From IMG/VR virus record IMGVR_UViG_3300020183_000041, positions 1-64,000 of that record: a DNA stretch of 64,000 nucleotides; one strand, given 5' to 3'. The notes beneath the pieces are model-generated. The model was not told the DNA's origin. It saw only the letters and a list, made by a program, of their open reading frames with translations, and searched no databases. The translations under genes were made by a program, and so were the position numbers. Position 1 is the first letter of the stretch. Each line of letters begins with the position of its first letter. This document shows positions 10,715 to 19,985 of this stretch, in pieces. The stretch comes from a virus.

Positions 10715-10987
10715 TTATTTTTTGATACCTTCGGTATCCTCAGATCCAAAACTATCTGAGGAAATAGATATGCAGTTTACACCCTGATTCATCAATAACT
10801 TAGCATCCTTTTCAGAAATTTCACAAGTTATTGGCATTTGTGTAAAAACACAACGAGCAGCTGCAAAATAAAAATCATCTATTCTTGTAACAGAAATGCA
10901 ATCAGACTCCAGAATTGCCGCAGCGCCGTAGTCATCGGACTCAACAATTGCAATTATTTTCATAGTCTTTATTGTATCAGTATTCAT
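10715..10987 (-). CDS. Hypothetical protein
   Basis: 90 aa ORF heading the leftward operon. Confidence 0.55.
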   Translation of the reverse strand: MNTDTIKTMKIIAIVESDDYGAAAILESDCISVTRIDDFYFAAARCVFTQMPITCEISEKDAKLLMNQGVNCISISSDSFGSEDTEGIKK

Positions 10988-11120
10988 ATTATATAAGATA
11001 TATAGGCATATATGGAATATAAGTATTCTTGCATGCCTTGCATGCGAAGCATATCAATTTTTTTTCATTCATGTGTCAAAAAATGAAAATTTTTATTTTT
11101 TTTTCTGATAGCCTACAGAA

Positions 11121-11816
11121 ATGGTTTATACAACTGTTTATAACGTACTTGACCACGGAGAAGTGGAACTATTAGGAAGTATGGCTTCGGATCTTGATGT
11201 CGTCAATGGGGCAAGGGTTTCTTTTGCCGCCTACCAAGACAAAATAGATGATAGAGCGAAAGGATTGATTAATTATTTAATGAAAAATAAACACTCAACA
11301 CCTTTTGAACACTCTATGTTTAAATTCAGAATTAAAGCACCAATTTTTGTCACTAGAGAGTGGATGAGACATAGATGGTCTTCATTCAATGAAATGAGTA
11401 TGAGATATCATGTTCCTGAAATAATTCATTTTTATGTTCCTCAAGCCAAGAATATAAGAAAGCAGGTTGGTAAACCAGGTGCTTATACCTTTCAAGCAAT
11501 TGAGGATAAAAAGATTGTAAATGAAACAATATTGGAGATTAATCATTGCAATCAACATGCATATTCTTCATATAAACGTTTAATAGAAATAGGTGTTGCA
11601 AAAGAAATTGCAAGATGTGTCCTGCCAGTCTCACAATATACAGAGTTTATTTGGTCAGTTAATGCTAGATCATTGATAAATTTTATTTCTCTTAGAAATG
11701 ATAGCAATGCTCAGTACGAAATAAATGAGTATGCAAAAATAATTGAAAAATTTTTCTTAGAAAAGATGCCAATAACCCATCAGGCCTTCATTGATTGCGG
11801 TAGAGTTGCCATATGA
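11121..11816 (+). CDS. thyX: Flavin-dependent thymidylate synthase
   Basis: HSTPFEH, REWMRHRWSSFNEMSMRY (RHR-X7-S), LRNDSNAQYEI. Confidence 0.95.
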   Translation: MVYTTVYNVLDHGEVELLGSMASDLDVVNGARVSFAAYQDKIDDRAKGLINYLMKNKHSTPFEHSMFKFRIKAPIFVTREWMRHRWSSFNEMSMRYHVPEIIHFYVPQAKNIRKQVGKPGAYTFQAIEDKKIVNETILEINHCNQHAYSSYKRLIEIGVAKEIARCVLPVSQYTEFIWSVNARSLINFISLRNDSNAQYEINEYAKIIEKFFLEKMPITHQAFIDCGRVAI

Positions 11817-11980
11817 GTACATTTATTATATTTATTACATATTTGCTTATCAATACTGTTTTAATCAATTTTGGCATTAAAGCTGGATGGAGCCACGACC
11901 CTGGAATACTCGGTCCATTTTTAATAGTAATTGTTATAAACTTAATTGCAGCGGTCTATTCGAGTGGTAAAAATAAATAG
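11813..11980 (+). CDS. Small two-TM membrane protein (55 aa, below ORF-track cutoff)
   Basis: ATGA overlap with thyX stop; MSTFIIFITYLLINTVLINFGIKAGWSHDPGILGPFLIVIVINLIAAVYSSGKNK. Confidence 0.55.
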   Translation: MSTFIIFITYLLINTVLINFGIKAGWSHDPGILGPFLIVIVINLIAAVYSSGKNK

Positions 11981-12365
11981 TAATTACTTAAAAGACAAAA
12001 AATTATTACTTTTAAGTGATACCTGGTTTCCTTATGACTACATTAAAGAATTTTTAAAACAATTGACCAATGGTCAGGTATATATTTACGCATCTCCAGC
12101 GTCTACATCTAAATTTATTAAAGTATATATAAAAGTTTTTGCAAAAAGAAAAGTTCAAATTATTAAAGATAAAGATTTTAAGTTATTTTTTAATGAAAAA
12201 ATAGATAATTATGTTGTTGTTATTTTTTTTGGTAAAAAAAGAACAAAAGAAACACCACTGCTTGAATTATTAGCAAAGAAATTGCTGACATCTTATCAAG
12301 ATGTTGTTACAGTCCTACCAGATGGAATCGATTATGATGAGAATAGTTCCTTATTCAGAGAATAA
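11946..12365 (+). CDS. Hypothetical protein
   Basis: ORF in operon tiling; start uncertain. Confidence 0.5.
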   Translation: MQRSIRVVKINSNYLKDKKLLLLSDTWFPYDYIKEFLKQLTNGQVYIYASPASTSKFIKVYIKVFAKRKVQIIKDKDFKLFFNEKIDNYVVVIFFGKKRTKETPLLELLAKKLLTSYQDVVTVLPDGIDYDENSSLFRE

Positions 12366-12594
12366 CGATCTCGAAGAGATTGAAACTTTGACAATAATTA
12401 TTAAATCTGTGCCTTTTGAAGGTGGATATGCTCCCGCATTTTATATTTCAAGCCCCTCAGAAGAATATTTAATGACAATAGATGAACTTTCATGTCTTAT
12501 GGATGGCATAGACATTGCCAGAAAATCAGTTGATGAGATAATTAACTTTATTCTCATATCTAGACCACCAGAAGGTCAATCTGAGGAGGACTAA
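12334..12594 (+). CDS. Hypothetical acidic protein
   Basis: Likely start MMRIVP. Confidence 0.55.
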   Translation: MMRIVPYSENNDLEEIETLTIIIKSVPFEGGYAPAFYISSPSEEYLMTIDELSCLMDGIDIARKSVDEIINFILISRPPEGQSEED

Positions 12595-12882
12595 ATGCTG
12601 ATCGGTAGAGTAATTAAAGATTTTCCATACCCTGAAAAGGTATGTCCATACTGCCTTAAGAAATTAGTTGTTGTAAATGCTGTTCATTGGCATGAAGATC
12701 CATATCAATACAAGGCTTTGTATTTGGATCCAAATCCTGAGTGCCCAGTTTATGACGAAGGAGCAAGAAAAGCCTACGCTAGGGTTTATTATTCAAGCGA
12801 GGACGCTTATGCTTCTTTCCATAATGTTAAAATTCCGGTTCAGAGATGGGATCAGAAGAATCTTTACAGTATCTATAAGTAA
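12595..12882 (+). CDS. Hypothetical protein with CxxC
   Basis: SD GAGGAGG; CPYC motif. Confidence 0.6.
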   Translation: MLIGRVIKDFPYPEKVCPYCLKKLVVVNAVHWHEDPYQYKALYLDPNPECPVYDEGARKAYARVYYSSEDAYASFHNVKIPVQRWDQKNLYSIYK

Positions 12883-12905
12883 AATATGATAAAATTATAG
12901 TTACT

Positions 12906-14015
12906 ATGCCTGTTAATCCATGCTCAGAAAATGGTCAACCTGGTTTTAAGTGGGGAGAAAGTGGAAAATGTTACCTTTACACAAGAGGTGATGCTAAATC
13001 AATGGGTGAAGCCAAAAGAAAAGCTACTGTTCAAGGTCTTGCAACAGGCGAATATTCAAATAAAGCAAATGAAGTCTCGACTGAGACAATGGGTTCTGGT
13101 ATAAAAAACCCACAGCAGGGGTATCCTCAAAAGAAAAAGCCCAAGAAGATCAATGAAAAAGAAATTGACTCTATTTTTAAAAACTTAAAAGAGTGGTTCA
13201 GAGAAGATTGGGTTGATCTTTCAAGACCAAAAAAAGGTGGGGGCTACGAACCTTGTGGTAGAGCAGACGCAGGTAAGGGGAAATACCCCAAGTGCGTCCC
13301 AGCATCCCGTGCAGCAAGAATGACACCCGAGCAAATTGCTTCGGCAATTAGAAGAAAAAGGAGAGCAGAATCAACAGAGACAAGACAGGACAAAAAACCT
13401 ATCTATGTTTCTACTGAGAAAGCATCAAGTATGAACGTTCCAACAAATCCTGCTTTATACGCAAGAGTAAAAGCTGAGGCAAAGGCTAAATTTGATGTCT
13501 ACCCATCAGCATATGCAAATGCATGGCTAGTTAGAGAATACAAAAAGCGTGGTGGTGGATATCGAACTGTTTCGAAAGCCGAAGCCATGACCAAAGTTGC
13601 TGAAGACCTGACCGAAGAAGAGTCTGGTCTGTATACAGCGTTGCTTGCTGTTGCAGAAAAGTATGGAAAATTCGATAAAGAAGGTTCTGGTATCTGGATT
13701 GGTTATGAATCTGCCGAAAAAAATGATGACAAGGCAATTGGTGTCTATTGCAATAATTGCGCCCTGTACAGCGGAGAAAGTGTTTGTAAAATTCTTTCAA
13801 TGCAAGTTGAAGACTATGGAAAATGCAGATTTGCAATTATTCCTGATAATTTAGTGATGCCTGAAAATGAAATTGAAGACGAAGGCCAGATAAAGCTAGA
13901 GAATGAGATGAAAGATGAAGGTGAATATGAAGAAAATAGTGAAGAAAAAGATACTATCTCAAGATTAATTAATTTAATTAGAGATATACTTAATATTCAA
14001 GGAGAAAAAAAATGA
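12906..14015 (+). CDS. Multi-module basic protein, possibly a head-internal polyprotein
   Basis: Short modules GFKWGESGKCY; WFREDWVD..PCGR..KYPKCVP; PTNPALY..YPSAYANAWLVREYKKRGG; CNNC..C..C. Confidence 0.6.
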   Translation: MPVNPCSENGQPGFKWGESGKCYLYTRGDAKSMGEAKRKATVQGLATGEYSNKANEVSTETMGSGIKNPQQGYPQKKKPKKINEKEIDSIFKNLKEWFREDWVDLSRPKKGGGYEPCGRADAGKGKYPKCVPASRAARMTPEQIASAIRRKRRAESTETRQDKKPIYVSTEKASSMNVPTNPALYARVKAEAKAKFDVYPSAYANAWLVREYKKRGGGYRTVSKAEAMTKVAEDLTEEESGLYTALLAVAEKYGKFDKEGSGIWIGYESAEKNDDKAIGVYCNNCALYSGESVCKILSMQVEDYGKCRFAIIPDNLVMPENEIEDEGQIKLENEMKDEGEYEENSEEKDTISRLINLIRDILNIQGEKK

Positions 14016-14398
14016 ATTTTAATAATAATGTTTCAAAAATGATCGAAGATCATAAAGGGATGAAGGCTTGGCATGAGAACATGGCAAAGTCGTCAGCAGA
14101 GGCAATGCAGGACCATATCAAAGCAGCCTCTTGGCATGAGTCACAGATGAATTTAATCAAAGCGATGAAAGAAGTTCCTCTGGATCCAGAGACAAAAAAG
14201 ACAACAATTCCCGCAGGCTCTTATACCCCAGCACCAAGTTCTGGAGGCGGAAAGAAGGGTGCTGAAAAGGAAATCCCTCTTGACCCAGAGACTATAAAAA
14301 AGTCGGACCTGATTGATCTTCTTGAGAGTCATATTAAAGAACATGGCGAGTTCGATATGGACGTTGAGACAATCGCTAATTTTTTATTAAATAAGTGA
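14012..14398 (+). CDS. Hypothetical protein with internal repeats
   Basis: KE(V/I)PLDPET twice, WHE twice. Confidence 0.6.
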   Translation: MNFNNNVSKMIEDHKGMKAWHENMAKSSAEAMQDHIKAASWHESQMNLIKAMKEVPLDPETKKTTIPAGSYTPAPSSGGGKKGAEKEIPLDPETIKKSDLIDLLESHIKEHGEFDMDVETIANFLLNK

Positions 14399-14403
14399 TC
14401 TAA

Positions 14404-14604
14404 TTGGAAGCGATTGTCGTAGCTTTTATAGCAGCAACTGGTGGCATTCTTGCCTCTCTTGTCCAAAAAGGCAGAAGAGAGAACCGTGAAGACCATAATG
14501 TTGTTGAAGATATGATTAAAACTTTAAATAAAGATGTCAACAACGTGAGTAGAAAAATTGATTCACATATTGAGTGGCATTTAGACAAAACGCAAAATAA
14601 ATAA
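14404..14604 (+). CDS. Small membrane protein (holin-like)
   Basis: N-terminal TM, coiled coil, KIDSHIEWH end. Confidence 0.5.
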   Translation: MEAIVVAFIAATGGILASLVQKGRRENREDHNVVEDMIKTLNKDVNNVSRKIDSHIEWHLDKTQNK

Positions 14605-14684
14605 GATATAATATTATTGGGGCACACCTGGACAAATTTATTTCGAAAGATTAAATTTGGATGTCAGGAGTGCCCCATTAAATT

Positions 14685-15290
14685 ATGACAACAATAGTAG
14701 GAATTCAAGGCGATAGATACGCCGTAATATGTACAGATTCTCGTATATCGTCCTTTGACGATAACGGAAATGCATACCAAATAACAACTCTAGGGACTGG
14801 CTCTAGCAAAATTGCCGAAAATGGTAGATATTTACTCGGGGCGGCTGGTGATGTTAGAGCGATAAATATACTTCATCATGCTTTTACACCACCAACTCCA
14901 TCGTTTACAACTGCTGGGACAAAGCTTGATCAGTTTATAACTCAAAAATTTATTCCTGGATTGAGAGAATGTTTTGAAGCAACAGGTTATGCTTCTCCAG
15001 ATAATGATAATAAGAGTCATATTGCAGAACAGGCTTCAACAATTATAGTTGTTATTAATGCATGTATTTATATAATTGAAAGTGATTATTCTTGGACATC
15101 TGATAGGGCTGGGGTATACGCAATAGGGACAGGCTCTGCTTATGCTTTAGGTGCATTGCATACTATAACAAATGGAAGAGAATTGTCTTTAACAAAAGCA
15201 AAGAATGCTGTAATTAAATCATTATCAATAGCATCAAAATTTGATCCGTACACGGGCGCTCCGTTTCAAACATTTATCCAGCAAAGATAG
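14685..15290 (+). CDS. Ntn-hydrolase, proteasome-beta/HslV-like Thr protease
   Basis: M-TTIVGIQG, DSR, SKI, GAAGD, AIGTGSAYALGAL, DPYTG. Confidence 0.8.
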   Translation: MTTIVGIQGDRYAVICTDSRISSFDDNGNAYQITTLGTGSSKIAENGRYLLGAAGDVRAINILHHAFTPPTPSFTTAGTKLDQFITQKFIPGLRECFEATGYASPDNDNKSHIAEQASTIIVVINACIYIIESDYSWTSDRAGVYAIGTGSAYALGALHTITNGRELSLTKAKNAVIKSLSIASKFDPYTGAPFQTFIQQR

Positions 15291-15299
15291 AAAAATGAT

Positions 15300-15327
15300 T
15301 TGCATTTTTTATCTGAGCGTGTAGAAT
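15300..15327 (+). promoter_or_regulatory. Promoter TTGCAT-N16-TAGAAT
   Basis: Same hexamer class and 16-nt spacer as the cassette promoters. Confidence 0.6.
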
Positions 15328-15353
15328 ATTCTCCTCCACAAGAAAGGATTCAC

Positions 15354-15767
15354 ATGATTACTGACCAAAGAATCGGAGAAATTTTAGCAACAGAATACCG
15401 CAACTTAAGCGGGGATGAGCAAAGAGTCGTTTATAGCGCACTTACTGCCATTAAATATAATATGTCAGCTGCAGAGGCTTCTAGATATTACGGAGTCCCT
15501 GCAACAACAATTGAAGGCATTTGGGCAAAGCATGGCTTTGTTGGCAAAGCCGTTTCTGCTACAAAAAAGTCTAGAAAATCAAACGCAATCAAGGCTTGGC
15601 TTAAAGAGAATGTTGGAAATACAGTAACTCCAAAAGACATTGTTGAAGCAACTGGTATTTCAATGCCAACTTTCTATAATTTCTATAATTCGAATGTTGG
15701 CTATTTTAAAAAGATCAAGCGAGGTCAGTTTGAAATTCTTGACCCGCAGGCTGAGCGTACAAAATAA
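15354..15767 (+). CDS. HTH DNA-binding protein
   Basis: SD GAAAGGA; two HTH-like segments (SAAEASRYYGVPATTI, TPKDIVEATGISMPTFY). Confidence 0.65.
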   Translation: MITDQRIGEILATEYRNLSGDEQRVVYSALTAIKYNMSAAEASRYYGVPATTIEGIWAKHGFVGKAVSATKKSRKSNAIKAWLKENVGNTVTPKDIVEATGISMPTFYNFYNSNVGYFKKIKRGQFEILDPQAERTK

Positions 15768-15768
15768 T

Positions 15769-16476
15769 ATGTTATATCAAGATCTTCTTAAAGCAAGAGA
15801 TGTTGATACATGGGAGGAGGCAGCAACAATAACTGTTGCTGCCCTCTTCTCTTATATAAAAAATTATTCAGATTTATATGATTCCAATCAACTTCATTTT
15901 TTTGAGACCCCTCTTTCTACAGATGATTTAGGGAATATGAAAAATATTATCAATTCAATGATTGATAATAAAATTTGGGATTCGGATCCAGAATATTTTG
16001 TATCTGAAAATTTTGATTTAAAAAGAAAAAATGAAATATATCATTTAAAGCATTGGATTACATTGTCTTTAATGTCTGCATCTATGATAAGAAAGTTAAA
16101 AACTTTTGATTATGATGATTATTCATTTTTTGTTAAAAAAACAGTTATAGCTAAACAAAAAGATTACGGTCCAAAAAATATTTCAAGATTTGGGATTAAT
16201 GGATTAGTTATTAGAACGCATGACAAAGTTGCAAGACTTGAAAATCTCATGTTAAAAAACAATACTCCTCAAAATGAATCTTTAATGGATACCCTGCTAG
16301 ATGTTATTGGCTACTCAGTTATTGCAATGATGTGGATTAATCATACATTTTTATTTGATCTCTCATCTGAGGCAAACAATCGACATCCAGTTACATCAAT
16401 TGATATTTCAATTAAAAATATTAAAATTGCAAACGGTGTAGTTGATGCTACATATCCCAATATTATATTTAAATAA
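15769..16476 (+). CDS. DUF1599 / nucleotide-modification-associated domain protein
   Basis: KQKDYGPKNI...IRTHDKVARLENL...ESLMDTLLDVIGY. Confidence 0.7.
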   Translation: MLYQDLLKARDVDTWEEAATITVAALFSYIKNYSDLYDSNQLHFFETPLSTDDLGNMKNIINSMIDNKIWDSDPEYFVSENFDLKRKNEIYHLKHWITLSLMSASMIRKLKTFDYDDYSFFVKKTVIAKQKDYGPKNISRFGINGLVIRTHDKVARLENLMLKNNTPQNESLMDTLLDVIGYSVIAMMWINHTFLFDLSSEANNRHPVTSIDISIKNIKIANGVVDATYPNIIFK

Positions 16477-16571
16477 TATACTAATCTATGAAAAATAAAC
16501 TCAAGCAGATTGTTCAAAATGTAGTTCTGTTTTTAAGTAGAATTACAATGCGCCTGTAGTTTAAATATAGT

Positions 16572-16643
16572 GCCCTTGTAGCTCAGTGGCAGAGCAACCG
16601 CCTTGTAAGCGGTAGGTCGTCAGTTCAATTCTGACCTAGGGCT
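16572..16643 (+). tRNA. tRNA-Thr(UGU)
   Basis: Cloverleaf; ACCGC-CT-TGT-AA-GCGGT; T-loop TTCAATT. Confidence 0.92.
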
Positions 16644-16657
16644 CAAAGGAGGTAAAA

Positions 16658-17071
16658 ATGTACGAATATACTGTAAAAAAATTATATAAAGTTGTAGATG
16701 GTGACACCATTGATGTTGATATTGATCTTGGATTTAATATTTCTTATTATCAAAGAGTAAGATTGGCTGGTATTGATACTCCAGAATCCAGAACAACAGA
16801 TAAAATAGAAAAACAACTTGGTCTTGAAGTTAAAAAGAAACTTGATGAGACATTAAAAAGTGCTACAAAGATTGTTATTAAAACAGAGAAACCCAATTCA
16901 ACCGAAAAATATGGAAGAATTCTTGGATGGATCTTTGTAGATGATAATAAAATTTCAATTAATGAACAATTGATCAAAGATGGTTTTGCTTGGGAATATA
17001 TGGGTGAAACAAAAATTAAAAATTTTGATTTATTAAAGAAAAGAAGAGAAAAAAGTAAGGGAAGTTCTTAA
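16658..17071 (+). CDS. Thermonuclease (SNase) family protein
   Basis: VVDGDTID, RVRLAGIDTPE, KYGRILG, INEQLIKDGFA. Confidence 0.9.
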   Translation: MYEYTVKKLYKVVDGDTIDVDIDLGFNISYYQRVRLAGIDTPESRTTDKIEKQLGLEVKKKLDETLKSATKIVIKTEKPNSTEKYGRILGWIFVDDNKISINEQLIKDGFAWEYMGETKIKNFDLLKKRREKSKGSS

Positions 17072-17084
17072 ACCAACCCAAACC

Positions 17085-17157
17085 CCGAATGTAACTCAAC
17101 TGGCAGAGTAGCGCTTCTATATAGCGTTTGTTGTAGGTTCGAATCCTACCATTTGGA
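17085..17157 (+). tRNA. Atypical tRNA, anticodon UAU (nominally Ile)
   Basis: Acceptor CCGAATG/CATTTGG, D stem ACTC/GAGT, GCGCT-TC-TAT-AT-AGCGT, GTAGG-TTCGAAT-CCTAC; C33 and G3.U70. Confidence 0.7.
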
Positions 17158-17158
17158 C

Positions 17159-17563
17159 ATGTCAAAAGATTGTAAAAAACCATTTCATAAACACCTTATG
17201 CTGCGTGGACACATTGTCGATCCGCCAACAAACACAGAGGAAGTCGTATCGTGGGTAAGAGAGCTTGTTGGTTTTCTTGACATGAAAATAGTGCAAGGAC
17301 CATTTGCAACATACATTGATATTGAAGGTAATAGAGGTCTTACATCAGTCGTCATGATTGAAACATCCCATATTGCATTTCACATCTGGGATGAACAAGA
17401 CCCGGCACTTATCCAACTTGATATTTATACATGCGGTTCTTTAGACATTAATCAGACTTTGGATTTCTTAGAGACTTATTTTAACTTTACTTCATTAGAA
17501 TATATTGTTTATGACAGAGAGCACGGTTTGAATCTTATTACAACAGATGTAAATTCTGATTGA
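17159..17563 (+). CDS. speD: S-adenosylmethionine decarboxylase proenzyme
   Basis: HLMLRG, GLTSVVMIETSHIAFHIWDE, QLDIYTCG. Confidence 0.85.
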   Translation: MSKDCKKPFHKHLMLRGHIVDPPTNTEEVVSWVRELVGFLDMKIVQGPFATYIDIEGNRGLTSVVMIETSHIAFHIWDEQDPALIQLDIYTCGSLDINQTLDFLETYFNFTSLEYIVYDREHGLNLITTDVNSD

Positions 17564-17570
17564 TAAAATA

Positions 17571-17658
17571 GGAAGGATGGCGGAGCGGCTGAACGCACCT
17601 GTCTTGAAAACAGGAATGGGTTTATAGCCCATCGGGGGTTCAAATCCCTCTCCTTCCG
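17571..17658 (+). tRNA. tRNA-Ser(UGA)
   Basis: GGAAGGA/TCCTTCC acceptor, CCTGT-CT-TGA-AA-ACAGG, long variable arm. Confidence 0.95.
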
Positions 17659-17680
17659 CAGAACGTGATAGGATATTACT

Positions 17681-18307
17681 ATGCCAGAATTGAATGCCAA
17701 CATTCCAGCAATTGAGTGCTACGTTCGCGGCAACTACCTGAGAGACCAGATAGATTCTCACAACCAATATTTTCCGTGCATGATTTTTGGTGTTGCGTCA
17801 ATTCAGGGTCGATCTCCGTTGTTTCATTTTTTAATGGAGGACGGAGGAGTGTGGTGGAGAATGCCAATAAGCGCTTTCTGTGAAAGGCCTGATGTGCCAG
17901 AAGTTGATATCCACGACTTAGTACTGTGGAATTCTTTCAGCCCTCATGTCACCGTGACAGAATTTCAGGCGATGCGAAATATGCGGATGACCTATGTAGC
18001 ACGCAGTGGAGAATTTGTTAATGGTAAGTATTTATTCACCTTGGATTGGCATGCGCCAGATGACAACATATTAAATGCTGGTTTTAGCGTTAACCCTGGG
18101 CAACATAAATGCGGTCATGTAATTGTTCGGGATGACGGCAATTTTGCTATTCAACCAAACAACAGGGTACGTCTATTTGACCCGTCCTATACAACGAAAT
18201 CTGGGACCTTAATTGACCGCCTAATTAACACTCGCCAATGGGATGTCGAGGATGCCGCTAAATGGCGCACATCAGACGATGATAGGTATTTCTACGACAT
18301 AGAATAA
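17681..18307 (+). CDS. Conserved phage hypothetical protein
   Basis: 208 aa; LNANIP...YLFTLDW...HKCGH...GNFAIQPNNR. Confidence 0.7.
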   Translation: MPELNANIPAIECYVRGNYLRDQIDSHNQYFPCMIFGVASIQGRSPLFHFLMEDGGVWWRMPISAFCERPDVPEVDIHDLVLWNSFSPHVTVTEFQAMRNMRMTYVARSGEFVNGKYLFTLDWHAPDDNILNAGFSVNPGQHKCGHVIVRDDGNFAIQPNNRVRLFDPSYTTKSGTLIDRLINTRQWDVEDAAKWRTSDDDRYFYDIE

Positions 18308-18342
18308 ACACCAGACGAATATGCCATTATTCGGACAACCAT

Positions 18343-18415
18343 TCCCAGATAGCACAATAGGCAGTGCAATTGACTGTTAATCAATGGGTTGTAGGTTCGA
18401 GTCCTACTCTGGGAG
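18343..18415 (+). tRNA. tRNA-Asn(GUU)
   Basis: TCCCAGA/TCTGGGA acceptor, ATTGA-CT-GTT-AA-TCAAT. Confidence 0.93.
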
Positions 18416-18528
18416 CTTAGCGCTTAACTGCTAAAGCTAATAAAGCAACGAATAATGCTACCATGTATATATTATACTTCTCGCAGAGAAGAATTAAAAT
18501 ATGAAATTTGTAACATGAAAAAATTCAG

Positions 18529-19215
18529 ATGTACGGTGACTATTTAGTAATAGATGACATATTAAAGGTGGCGGACCGAAAGATACTATCCCACCTCACA
18601 TCCTCTCCATCCTTTCCATATCGCTTCTACCCCTCTTATAAAACCCATGAGGGATTATATGAAGGGGGTGGATTTAATAAAATGGAAAACTCGGTATTTT
18701 CCTTTGTTAACCCCATCCAATTAAGTCATCATTTGTATGATTCGACTGAAGAAAAATCATCTCCGCATTTTTCAGAGTTTGTCCCGCTCGTTATGTCACT
18801 TAAGTCATATTTCGGAAACTATTCATTATTAAGAATGAAAGTTAATTGTAGCTATATATTGTCTGAAAGAGATTTAAACCCGCAAAATTTGATGACCTTG
18901 CCGAACCTTTATCCCCCGCAGATTCCTCATGTTGATTTTCAATATGATAACGGTTCAATCCCCAAACATTGGGTATGCGTTTATTACATCAATGACGGCA
19001 ATGCCCCGACATACCTTTTTGACAAAGATATGAGAGTTGTAAAGTCAATTGCACCCAAGTCTGGAAGAGCGTTGCTCTTTGATGGACAAACATATCATGC
19101 TGCTTCCAACCCGCATTTTTCCGATGATAACGCTTTGCGTTATATCGTTAACATTGCGTTGCAACCGGAATTTGCCCCACATGGTTGTAGCAACGCATTA
19201 TCCGAAAATTTTTAA
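18529..19215 (+). CDS. 2OG-Fe(II) oxygenase
   Basis: PHVD, VYYIND, PKSGRALLFDG..YHAA, distal Arg. Confidence 0.8.
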   Translation: MYGDYLVIDDILKVADRKILSHLTSSPSFPYRFYPSYKTHEGLYEGGGFNKMENSVFSFVNPIQLSHHLYDSTEEKSSPHFSEFVPLVMSLKSYFGNYSLLRMKVNCSYILSERDLNPQNLMTLPNLYPPQIPHVDFQYDNGSIPKHWVCVYYINDGNAPTYLFDKDMRVVKSIAPKSGRALLFDGQTYHAASNPHFSDDNALRYIVNIALQPEFAPHGCSNALSENF

Positions 19216-19301
19216 TATTTTTAGAAAATTGAGTACATATTTTTTCTGTGTTACTCGTTATTTTAAGATGTAATCTATTTTGTCTGTTTCGGGGGTCAAT
19301 G

Positions 19302-19399
19302 GCGGGTGTTTCGATGTGCTTCAGCACATTGAACACCCGCAGAGTTGGGTTTGGAACACTTCACGCTTTTAGTGCATCCCCAAACACGCTTGCTATGGT
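19302..19399 (+). promoter_or_regulatory. Cassette 1 hairpin + promoter
   Basis: GCGGGTGTTtCGATGTGC-TTCA-GCACATTGAACACCCGC; GTGCAT 19372; TGC-TATGGT 19394. Confidence 0.8.
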
Positions 19400-19446
19400 G
19401 GTGAGTGTCGGGGCGAAACCGAAGTAGCAACGACAGAGAGGCAGAA

Positions 19447-19725
19447 ATGGAATGGTTCCTTTTGATGCTCGCCCTCACCACAGCCGTTGGGTGTGGGGCG
19501 ATTCTCATCGACGGATGGGATGAAATGTTCCCCCCCCGTCTCGAGCGGCAAGCGCGCAAGGTCGCGAGGGGATGGGATGCCTACGAAAAAGCATCCCAGA
19601 AGCTCGAGGCAATGCTCGATACCGACCGCGAGAATGCCGAGCAGCGTCTCGGGTTCGCGCAGGGCGTTCTCGACTCGGTGCGCCTGCGGCAGTCCCAAGG
19701 CTTAGGAAAGCCTACTCGGTACTGA
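19447..19725 (+). CDS. Cassette 1 cargo: membrane-anchored small protein
   Basis: SD AGAGAGG; MEWFLLMLALTTAVGCGAIL hydrophobic N-terminus, helical tail. Confidence 0.65.
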   Translation: MEWFLLMLALTTAVGCGAILIDGWDEMFPPRLERQARKVARGWDAYEKASQKLEAMLDTDRENAEQRLGFAQGVLDSVRLRQSQGLGKPTRY

Positions 19726-19767
19726 GACCCCCCCCCCCCCCCCCCCCCCCCGTGGCGGGGGGGGGTC
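19726..19767 (+). terminator. Cassette 1 poly-C/poly-G hairpin
   Basis: GA-C24-GTGGC-G9-TC. Confidence 0.5.
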
Positions 19768-19831
19768 CCTCCACCCCATCCATGCCCTGCTATCGCCAGA
19801 TTTAATACAGGCGCTCTTTCACCATACGAAC

Positions 19832-19930
19832 GTGGGTGTGCGTGTGAGGCTTCAGTTCACTTGAACACCCACAGAATAGGGGCGATGCTCTGCTCACTTT
19901 TCGTGCATATCCGAACCCTCATGCTAAGGT
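19832..19930 (+). promoter_or_regulatory. Cassette 2 hairpin + promoter
   Basis: GTGGGTGT...GC-TTCA-GT...ACACCCAC; GTGCAT 19903; TGC-TAAGGT 19925. Confidence 0.8.
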
Positions 19931-19985
19931 AGGTGGTGTCGGGGGAAACGGAAGTACCCCGACCCGACAGAAAGAGAGGTCGCTC

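Noticed and set aside
16520-16570. Possible extra tRNA before tRNA-Thr
   Set aside because: Only a hairpin and a GCGCCTGTAGTTTAA fragment; no T arm or acceptor partner.
17085-17157. Amber-suppressor (CUA) reading of the odd tRNA, or stop-codon recoding
   Set aside because: The anticodon stem pairs only in the register giving UAU, and genes tile normally under the standard code.
19728-19751. C24 homopolymer as a phase-variation tract
   Set aside because: It is intergenic and faces only G9; its length is probably a sequencing or assembly artefact of a terminator stem.
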